Of a stretch of DNA of 64,000 nt, positions 1-9,934 are shown one piece after another (positions within the stretch are counted from its first letter, which is position 1; the number at the start of each line of letters is the position of its first letter). The stretch covers positions 124,001-188,000 of the forward strand of contig OZ025736.1 of the NCBI GenBank assembly GCA_964019335.1, read 5' to 3'. Position numbers and translations under genes: made by a program. The notes under the pieces were generated by a model. It saw only the letters and a program-made list of their open reading frames with translations, was not told the origin of the DNA and made no database searches. Source of the DNA: Diplonema japonicum (Eukaryota > Protista > Euglenozoa: Diplonemea).

Positions 1-461
1 GAAAAGGGATGGAAAAAATCGATAAAATTTCAGTGTGCATGGAGGTGCTCACTGTTCAGGATCCTCGAAAATATCTTCCACCTTCCGCCCCTTCTCCCTT
101 GAAAGCCACAATAGGGTACGTCAAAAAGCCTGTTTCCAACTACTTCTCAGCTTTAAAAGAGGCATCCGTCCTTGCAATAGTTATAGTTATTTCAGTGGTC
201 TGAGCATAATCTCGTGTTTTAGAATGTACCCGATTGTGCGAAACCATACTTCTAAGTCATCCCAGGGAGCCCTAACCCAAAAAAAGCAACTTACGACCTT
301 TTGGAAACGCCCGTTCTTGCATGTTTGTTCCCCAAAATCAGGGAAAAATGAAATTGGGTTTTCCGTGGATGGTGGAAAATAAAAATTCAGGTTTGGCTTG
401 AACGGTGGAAAATTTTTCATTTGGTTGCCGTGTTCGTAATCTTCAGGGACGGGACCTCATT

Positions 462-492
<31 letters not shown>

Positions 493-553
493 CTTTTTTT
501 CCCCTGAATACTTACCCCCCCGTGGCACTTCCAATCAAAGACATATAGTCATA

Positions 554-594
<41 letters not shown>

Positions 595-626
595 ACCCGA
601 CAACAAATATAAACCAATGGAATTAA

Positions 627-817
627 GATTGGTCATCGCATTCAAGTCGATGGTTTCCACTCAAGAAGCAATGACCAATTGAAGAAAGCCTGGTCATCGC
701 ATTCCAGTCGGTGATTTCTAGTTTTCTGCACCAATCATCGCATTCAAGTCGATGACTTTCAGTTCACGGCAATAATTTAAGAATGATTGGTCATCGCATT
801 CAGGTCGATGGTTTCTA
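627..817. repeat. Four-copy hairpin minisatellite (TGGTCATCGCATTCAAGTCGATGRTTTC)
   Basis: Copies at about 627-657, 691-720, 735-760 and 785-817, each with CATCG...CGRTG inverted arms around a 9-nt loop. The spacers are related in pairs, so this is a duplicated dimer unit of about 100 bp. Confidence 0.8.
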
Positions 818-846
818 TTCTTTTGCACGCTTCTAAAAAGCCATCA

Positions 847-1173
847 TGATAGTAACATAGATAGAAACATTGGGGGGGGGGATGAGATCACCAGACGTCA
901 GCTGGTTACAACATCGAAGAAATCCAGTGTCTATACTTGTAACACAGCCTGTGGAGTCGGTGACAACGAGGAACCGAAACCTCCAGAAGGAAGATGTCCC
1001 CTGTGTATGGATAAGACCTCAACATTCCCCATTTTCCAGACGCTGCCCTCCACGAGCCCAAGTTCCTGAAGACCCTCAGTCTTTTTGTACAGGCTCCCCA
1101 CCGTCTCCTTCCCCGACACTTCCACATCGTGAACCCCGCCTCCCGTCTTCACGAACACTGTCATATCGTTCAT
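847..1173 (-). pseudogene. Probable ubiquitin-like + E2 (UBC) fusion pseudogene fragment
   Basis: MTVFVKTGGGVHDVEVSGKETVGSL...LQELGLVEGSV resembles a ubiquitin-like fold. After a frameshift, PYTGDIFLLEVSVP resembles the UBC motif PYEGGxFxLxIxFP. Stops follow. Confidence 0.4.
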
Positions 1174-2682
1174 TTTTTTGTTGTGTTTCTGTTGTTCATG
1201 CCTCTTGTGTTGTTGTTGATATGTTTATTGGTCAGTGGTCCGCCTTGTAGGGGCAGCCTCTCCTTCGTGCAGAAATCTTCAACACGGGTGTCCTCTCCTA
1301 TCTGTGATGAGTGGTACAAGTCCTGTGGAATTTAGTTTTCGAATTAAAAAAAAAAAATAATAATAATAAAAAAAAAAAAGAAGAAAGATAGCAAATAACA
1401 ACTACGTGGTAGGCGTTCAAGTTCACGATGTGTACTCGGGGCCTGTCTTCTGGCTGATCGGCACGGAGGTCTTCTCGGTGCTTTTGAGTTCTTTTTTTTT
1501 TTTTTTTTTTTTATTCTTCCCGTACTTGTCTTGAAGGTAAACCCACAGGCACACAATAATAATGCTTGTGAAAAGAAAAAGAAGAAGAATAAAAATTAAA
1601 AGAGACACAAGAATTCTTTTTTTTTTTTTAACTTTTAACTTGCAACGACCACCAGGGTCAACAGCCCCGTGCCAAACATAATTTAGTATGGTTTCCTTCC
1701 TTTTTTTTCTTTTTTTGTTTTGTTTTGTTTCTTTTTTTCTTTATTTCCAATAATTAAAGCAAAAAGGAAATTGAAGAACCTGGGGAAACATGGCCAACAA
1801 GTTCCTGCTCGGACGCTTTTTTTTTTTTTTTTTTCCCTTTTTTTTTTCTTCCTTTTCCATAGAAAGACGCCTTACGACTTAACGCGGCAGGAGGGAGTTG
1901 GAAAGGAAGAAGAAAAAAGGAGAAAGGGGGGGGGGGGGGGTGAAAGTAGGGAGGAAAAACCAAGAAAGCCTGAGAAGGGTGTTGGAAAGGAGGAAGAAAA
2001 AAAAAACGGGAGAGGGGAGAGAAACAGGCTAACAGATCTTTACTTTTCTAAACGGCTATGTGCATATTTTGTGTAATCGAAACAAGGAAGGAATTTCTCT
2101 TTTTTCTTTCTCCCTATCTTGACATTTTTTACTGATTTTTTTTTAATTTTTAGCAGGAACAGATGATGGTGGTGGGGGGGGAGAGAGGAGAGAGAGAGGA
2201 GGAGAAAGGGTTTTTAATTTCGAAAAAAAAGGGGGGGTGGAAACAATTATCGTAAAGCTTCAAGGGGAACAGCCCATCTCACCTTTTCTTCTTGTTTTCC
2301 ATATTTCTTTTCGTTCTCCCCCTCCAGCCTCTCCGAGAAATTAGTGAATCTACAAATTATGAAGAAAGGGGGGGGGGGGGGGAAGGAATAAAAGGAAGAG
2401 AAATGATTTAGATAAAACGTTGATTTTTTTTTTCCATCTCACTTTTCTGGAGCTCCTCCAACAACAACGACAAGCAATCACACCCACGCCTGCCAGACAC
2501 AGCCTGCATCAAAATTCAGGGGGAGGGAGAAGAAGAAGAAAAAAAAGGTACTCCCCCTGCCCCTTTACTCGACTCCCCGAATGAAGCCAACTCCAGAAAA
2601 CCTTAAGATGCTAATTGATGACCGGTAAAGAAAAAAAAAGGAAAGAAGTGAAGTAATAAAAAAAAAAAAAAAATAATAAATA

Positions 2683-4360
2683 CTGTAAAACAAAAACCCA
2701 CCGGAAGATAAAATATCCGGACCGAAACATCCGGTGATTTTTTCTTCCGGACATTTTTTGGGGCACTTTTCAAGGGGGTACCAAGCCTGTCCTACGCACT
2801 GTCCCCTCCCCCTGTCTGCTGCATGTTTCCCTGGAAAAACTTATGTTTCTGTTGCAGGAGTCTTAAAAATGGCAAAAATATGACTAAAAAAAAAAGGGGG
2901 TGAAGAACGTCCTACCTGTCCGTCTTGTTTGCTGCCTTTGCAGCCTTGGCAGTGTGCCTGGCCTCGGCCTCAGCAAGTCTTTGCTGGGTCAAGGGGGGGG
3001 GACCATTTCTACCGAAGAAAAAAAGGAAGAAGAAACGGAAAACGAAGCGTGTCCACTCAAGAAGCGGCGGAAACCGTACTTGTGTTTCTTCCTCGTTCAG
3101 AAGAGGCTTGCGACCCGCAGTAGCGGGTGCGACGAGGATAGACCTTGGAGCATACCAAAGCGGTGTTCCCAGTCTGATATACTGGACGTTGGCACCGTGA
3201 TGTCTTCCTTCGCGCGGTACCAGCCCTGGGCCGCCGTGGTACCATGGCTGGCTGCGTAGCGGCCTATTTTGGCCTTTTCAGCCTCATTTACACGGGAAAA
3301 ACAGAACGAGCTCGCTGCAGGAAATACCCCGGGTCTGTCCTTCGTGTTGCACCCCCCCCAAAAAAAAAGGCTGGAGTTTAACAGCTTCGAAATCTCACTG
3401 GCTACCCAAAAAACGCTTCAGCTTGGGTAAAACGAGTCTTTCTCCCCTGTTGCTATAAACTTATTAAGTCATCGGGCTGGGTACCCACCGAGCCCATCTT
3501 GCTCATCCTAGATGACTACAATGGCCACACTACGGATGATTTGTGAACTTGTTTTTAGAAACAAACGTTCACGTAGCTTTTGTCCCTCCAGGCCTCACCT
3601 ATTTGTGCCAGCCCTGGACATAGGACTGAACGCCTCAATGAAGGCGACAATCAAGACCAAGTATAAAAAGTGGTCTATGAGGAGGCTGGACAAGTATGTG
3701 GAAGAAGGGAACCGTCAGGAAGGGTGGACGGTACCAAATACAAGTGAGATGAATGGACCACAGTATTTTTTTAAAATTAAACTAAAGTAATTCAACTTTC
3801 CCTCTTTTTTTCTGCCAGGTGGGTTGAAGCAGCATGGGAGCATGTCAGCAGGCAATCTATCAGGCAAGCTGGGTTCATAGTTTTGGGCGTTTTTTTAGAG
3901 CCCTGGTGGAGTCCTGCTTGGGGGAATTCTCTTTGCAGCAGCGTACTGTGGTGTGCTTGCCGTTGCAGCGACGTGCTGCGGAGATGAAGAGTGGGAAGAC
4001 CAGCAAAGCTTGCTAGGCAGCTGGAAGGGGCTAGAAAAGTGCTCGGCGTCTGGAATGTGTTTAGGGGGCTCGGAAAATGAGAAATAAAAAGCACAAGAAG
4101 TGGTTCGGTTCGACAAGTTTGCGGAAGAAGCGAACAATCAGGATCTGAGGTGTCTTTTAGTTCTTAGAAAAGTTCGCTGCAATTCTCTCTGATTTTCGTT
4201 TGATTTTTCTCTTGCTACAGAAACTAGTTTCATCCGTTTGCTGGTCCAGCCCTTTAAAAAAAAGAAAAGGGGGTCCCGGGAAAAAAATGTCCGGAAGAAA
4301 AAATATCCGGACCGCCAGAACTTCCGGTGATTTTATCTTCCGGTGATTTTTGTTTTACAG
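2683..4360 (+). mobile_element. Decayed pogo-type (Tc1/mariner superfamily) DNA transposon, DD35D
   Basis: TA|CTGTAAAACAAAAA(C/T)C..CCGGAAGATAAAAT inverted termini of about 80 bp, with TA on both sides (2681-2682, 4361-4362). A frameshifted DDE_1-type remnant at about 3490-3680 reads PILLILDDYNGH...NVHVAFVPPGLTYLCQP/LDIGLNASMK. Confidence 0.9.
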
Positions 4361-4800
4361 TAATAATAATAAACGGATTTTTTTTTTTTTTGACCACTAC
4401 TGATAAGTAGCAGGGCATTTTTTTTTTTTTTTTTTTTTTTTTTTTGTAAATTATGATGATATTTTCTTCTTTTTTCTTCTAAAGACTTTTAAAAAAATAG
4501 AGTAGATGGGAGGTAGATGGGAGGTATAGTGATCCTTGAATAAACAGGTACTATTTAATAAGTGGTGGAAGGAGAGGTAGAGATTTTTAAAAAAGAAAAT
4601 AGGGGAGGGGGCCATCGTCACCTTTGGCCAAAAGCAGCAATGACAAAACAGAACGCCAAAAATCTGTTGGTGATAAAATACTGTAAGTCTCTTAATTTTT
4701 TTTTTTCCCCTGAAAAAATAAAGGATGTGCACAATGTACACAGCTTTACAGCAGTTTTTTTTTTTTTTTTTTTTTTTTTTTTCTCTTTTTTTTTTTTTTT

Positions 4801-5295
4801 ATTTTCACTCTTCTGAAATTACTTCACGCACTCTCGGGGACCCAATACTTCACGGCGAAATTATCATATTTTCTGTGAAGTAATATTCAATTTTGCCTTG
4901 GTCCAGTTCCCAGTGGGGCTACTTGTTCCTCTCAGTTTGCCAATTTCCCCCCAGGTTCAGATTATACTTTTTCCTCGAATTCTCCCACTTTTGGCCTTGT
5001 TCTCAGTTTTAGCCTTTTTATTAAGACTTCAAAATACCGAAGCAGCAGAAAGTGAGGAGCGAAAAGGCCTGACGAGAGGCAGTGGCAATGCCAGCGACAG
5101 CGGCAGCTCTTAGTCAACAAAAAGAGGAAAAAACAACTTGTAGTGTAACCTTTGTAACTCCTTTGTGCCCCTCGTGGTGAAGTAATTTTAGAGTGTCGTG
5201 GAAATAAAACCACTTACCTACCGCCAAGTAATGGCTTTACCGTCCCCCCGGAGTCTCGAAGTAACGGTAAAGTTATTACTGTAAGTCATTACTTG
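4801..5295. mobile_element. Possible degenerate MITE / inverted-repeat relic with AAGTAAT/ATTACTT submotifs
   Basis: CACTCTTCTGAAATTACTTCAC (about 4806-4827) is an imperfect inverted copy of GTGAAGTAATTTTAGAGTG (about 5177-5195). There is a hairpin between 5227-5243 and 5264-5280, and TACTGTAAG at 5277. Confidence 0.35.
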
Positions 5296-5480
5296 TTGGC
5301 AGCAATTAGCATTTCTTTTTTTTTTGTTTATTCGTTACTGTTCCAAAAACACAACTGTCAGACCTGCTCAAGGAAAAGAGATGGTAATTCCTTCATGCTA
5401 AGCTCAGAACGGACTCTTGACAAACTAAGGACTGCACACATCTCCCCCCGAACAAGCCTTTATGTTGTGCTGATTTGGCA

Positions 5481-5516
<36 letters not shown>

Positions 5517-7930
5517 CAGCAGCATTTTTTTTTCCTTCTTTTTTTCCTTCTTTTTTACAAACTCTGCCCCCCCTTTAGGGTTTTCAAGGTCGCGGTATTA
5601 AAAAAAAAAATCAGATCTTCAGCACAGCAAGTAAGGGCCGCTTTTGCAAAGACTAGCCACAAAAAAAGGGGGAGAAAATGCATGATTTCTTTGCGAAAAA
5701 AAAAAGAAGACCCCGCAAACTTCCTTTTCTTTTTTTTTTTGCCATGGGAGTGGAAAGTACGGATGGGTCCTCTCCTCTTGCAGCAAGAAATTAAAAAAAA
5801 AGAAATGGTGCAATGTTCTTTTAAAAAAGCTAGCACGGGGGGGGGGGGGAGAAATGCAAATTAGTCAGCACTAGTTTTGAATTATTAAAGGGGGGTGAGA
5901 ATGGTCCTGGGTAAGTACGGGTAAGAAGTAATAAAATAAAAAGAAAATTGGGTCCAAAATCTGGGGGGGGGGGGGGGGGGAAGCTACATAATTAAGCACA
6001 AATACTGTTTTACCCCAACATGGTGTGTCCTTCTTATTTTTGTATTTTTTTTTTTTTTTTTGGGTTCCCGGCTGACAAAGTCCGAGTATCTTTTTTTATT
6101 CCCCCCCCCTTTATCAACATAAAAATTGAGAAAAAGAGGGGAAAAAAATAAAAAAAAGAGGAATCATGCCACAAAATTAAAGAAAAAGGTTTAACCAAAA
6201 GGCCAAACTTTACTCACTTTATTCTCTTTTTTTTTTTTCCCCCTTACTTCTAGGAAAATAGATTTTTTTTTTGAGGGGGAATAAGCATTCTGCGAAGCAC
6301 ACTATTTAAAGATCATGTATATTTTTTTATTTTTTATTTTTTTTAAACAATAGATAGATTAAAAGATGTGAAGGGTGGAGAGGAAGAAGAAAGAAAGAAA
6401 GAAATCTCAGGTTTCAGAGACAATTATCTCCCTCCCATTCCCCCCCACCCGTGACCTTCCTATCGCTAACCCCAAATTAACATCAGATGTTGCATGGGTG
6501 GTAAAACAAAAAACAAAACAAAAAAAAAAAAGGGAATCCCACAAAGCTGATTTTCGCCTCTCCTCCCAATGGAGGCGAGTGAATTGGATTTAACGAAAAA
6601 AAAAAGAGAATGGTTCTGGCAATTTCAAAAAAAAAAAAAAGAAATCCAGAAACAAAATAAAACTGAAAAGAGAAAAAAAAAAAGAAAAAAAAAAACTTAA
6701 GACCACCCGGGGAAAAAAAAGGAAGATGTTTTTTTATCAGAGGGGGAGGGGGGAATTTTTCCCCTCCCCCCCTTCCCTTCGATTCTTCTGCAAATGGGAG
6801 ATATGTAAGACATATACATAACAGGGGGGGGGGGAGAAAAGAAACCTCGATGGTTTAAAGGAAGCCGGTGGGGGCACCCTGCACAAGCACCATTTACTTG
6901 ATTACAGGGGGCGCACCTCGGCCTAGCTGTAGCTTCTTCTGCGTTCCGCGTCGTGTCCTTAATGCGTGCGGTGTACAGCTCAACCCCAGCCGGGGCGTCC
7001 CGGGTAACCAAGATTCTGAGCCCGTGTAGTTTGCTGCCTGTTCGCCACCCAGAGCATCTGCTTCTTCCACTTGGGCGCTACCGGTGATGACCGACGGGGA
7101 GGTCAACAGAGAACAACACATCTGATGTACTTCTTTATATCCCCACCACCTCGAAAGAAAAAAAAACCACCCCACCATTGATGCCGCAGTGGCCGCACAT
7201 TTGGCAATGCAAAATATGCTACCAAGTGGAAGCAATTTTAAAAAAAAGGGGGGGTTGTCAAAGTCCCACCCTTGGAGAGCAGAGGGCGGTGGAAAGGAAT
7301 GTTTAAAAAGATGTAAGAGAAAAAAAAAAAAAAATAGGGAACTTTTTTTTTGCTTTACAAAAGCATCGTTCACCCTTGTCACCAGACAGTCTAGTTAAGA
7401 CATTATGAGTTAAAAATTCTTAATTTATAAAAAAAAGATTTTTTTTTTTTTTTTTTACTTTTCAATATTCCCTCTTTAGAGATATAGGAAATGTAAGTCA
7501 AAAAAAGTGCATTTCTTTTTTTTTTGAGGGGGCATAAAAAAAGGGGGGGGGGGATAGCGTTCTAGCATTTTTTTATAGAACTTTGTCGGTTCAAGAAGAG
7601 ACTAAAGAAAACCAAAAAAAAAGGGAGAATGGTGAAGGACAGCGCTTCAGCGCTCTATTAAGAGGGCCCTCTCCCCACTCCCCCTTTTTTAGACAAGGAA
7701 AGAGTAAAAGAAAAAGGGGGGGAAACAAAAAAAGAGTTTGTTTTTTTTTCCAAAAAAAAAAGAAAGAAATTCTTTTTGCTGCTATTATTGTTTTTTTTTT
7801 TCATTCGTTCGTATTAATTTTTTCGTTTTTTTTTTTTTTTTTCCTTTTTTTTTCTTACTCCCACAAAACCCATTTCGGTTCCGCGGATGAAATCACCGGG
7901 AAAACAGGGTAAAAGAGGGAGACGGAAAAA

Positions 7931-7963
<33 letters not shown>

Positions 7964-8004
7964 AGAAAAAAAAATAGGGAGGGAAAATACCATAAATCAT
8001 AATC

Positions 8005-8035
<31 letters not shown>

Positions 8036-8036
<1 letters not shown>

Positions 8037-9625
8037 CATTCAAACCTATGCCCGACCTCTTTGGCCCTTGCAGCAAGCTCCTTCTGGCGTGGCCAAAGCG
8101 GGACATGTGACATGATACTGGAAAGAGGCGTTCGCCCCTTGTAGCTCTTCTTCGCAGCGAGCTTCAAGTGCCAACCCTCTAGCGCAGAAAGAATATACGA
8201 TAGCTGTATTTTAATATGCATGAAATTCTTGCACTTCTCCGCGGCATTGGAAACAGAGTCCAAGGGGTCCAGCACAGAGATGTCATGTTCAGGGTGCAAC
8301 TTCGCAGTAAACTCGCCAGTGTTGGGATCCAGAGAACACACATTGTGCTCAAACTTCCCAAGAAGCCTCAAAACATGCAAAACGGCACCCCCAGGAGTGA
8401 CAGCCGCGTCCATCCCACCCACTATGTTCCTGCAACACCCCACCACCATCAGTGTCAAGAGGTACCCGCTCAACCCACCATCATTGTTAACATACTTACA
8501 CTGTCCCAAAACATGTCTCAGAAGGCATATAATAGGACGTGCAAGAGGAACCTCGCCTAACCATTTGTTCACCAATGTGGCGGCCCGTCTCAAGGGGGAG
8601 ACTGGACGTGTGTCCAAGACAAGACGCGCCTTCCCGTTGGGCAGGATAAGGTGGTAGGCTTGGGTGTGCTCGGTTTCGGACTCCAGGGTGACGGTCACAC
8701 CACGATCTTCAATCTCGCAGCGCACGGCAGCCATAGCGTCTTGGGGAACACCCTCTACTACCAAATCAGCTACAGAGCATGCCAGCATTGTGCCGTATGC
8801 GAATGAGCCCGTCTGCTTCACAGTGGCGCCGGGCAGGACTAATGAGATGATGGACTGCAACGACGTGCGTAGTTCCAGACGAGCCGACATCTCCTTTGAT
8901 TTTAGTGTCATAAAGTCATAGAAATCGAGAAGTTCATCGTCAAGGGACACAGCATCGTGAGGCACGCCCTCTGGGTACCATGGGGTGTGAACAAGTGTGT
9001 CGCTGCCAGTTTTTTTCCCGCTTGCGATTCTCCTGCTTGCGATGTGGACCCTGGCACCCGACGCGAAGGAGCCGCCTGGTGGCGTGGCGCCCGGGATGCT
9101 CTTTAACTTTGCCCTGTGCGTCCTCACGGGTTCCTTCACGTCCTTCACCAGTTCTATCACTTCTGCAGCGTTGACGCTGTCTAGAATGTCGTTTTTGGAC
9201 TCCAGGAAGCCAAACACAACACCGTGCGCTGCGCCTTTCAGTGAGTTGCGCAGCACCACGTTGTCCTTGTGAACGGGGAACAGAAGGATCTTCCCTGATG
9301 CGTACTTTGCGTGTAGATCGGCGGCGAGCCCTTTGAGAGCGGGGACAGGCGGGTGGTGTGCGCCTTGTGTGTTGATCATCAGTGTGATGTGCACTGTCTC
9401 GTCGACAGGGAGCTTCTCGACGGCACCCCTCTTCACCTCTAGCATGGTGAGCACCGTGTAGATCATGTTGTCCCTCTCTACGTACAAGGGCGCGCTTGGC
9501 ACCAGCGATCTACTGCTTGCTGACTTGAACGATCGCTGTGCCACATCGCTCCCGCTGCTGCTTGTGGTCTCCAGCTCACTCATATCTGCGCACCCCACCA
9601 CAGGCAGGGACTCCGAAGGGCTCAT
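8036..9625 (-). CDS. Non-canonical poly(A) polymerase TRF4/PAP2-like nucleotidyltransferase, degenerate active site
   Basis: 529-aa ORF with the motifs ELLDFYDFM...E...R, GSFAYGT, GGLSGYLL and ISVLDPLDSVSNAA (PAP-associated). SVADL replaces the usual SDxDL. Confidence 0.8.
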
Positions 9626-9934
9626 AGTGTAGTGGCTGTGGTGGCTATTAAATAGAAAGAAAATTGCAGATTCTTTTAACCAAAAGGTATTACGTTAAGT
9701 AAGGGAAAAGGTTTTGAACAAAAAAGAAAAATTCTTTTTCTGGTTATCTTTCAAACTCTTTTTTTCCAACGCCCAAAAAGGACTGCCATGTTATCATTCG
9801 AAGACTTCTAGGTATCCAAGGGGCCAGGTGCATGGCGTGGGAAAAGGTTCAGACAAAAAAATAAAATAAAAAAATAACAAAAAAACTTACGACGAAGAAA
9901 AGACAACTGAACGTGCTCTTGGTAAAGAGCAATC

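Noticed and set aside
627-817. CRISPR array
   Set aside because: Spacers are uneven and related to each other (1 with 3, 2 with the tail of 4), there are no cas genes, and the context is eukaryotic.
4213-4230. Spliced-leader relic (reverse complement contains GTTTCTGTA)
   Set aside because: Only about 9 nt match the euglenozoan SL core, it lies inside a transposon, and no SL intron or Sm site follows.
7084-7125. C/D box snoRNA (GTGATGA...CTGA)
   Set aside because: Only about 40 nt long, with no terminal stem and no identifiable guide.
1344-8144. Poly-Phe/poly-Lys ORFs in the low-complexity region
   Set aside because: They are translations of homopolymer runs. A possible exon-like patch at about 1400-1490 could not be linked to any gene model.
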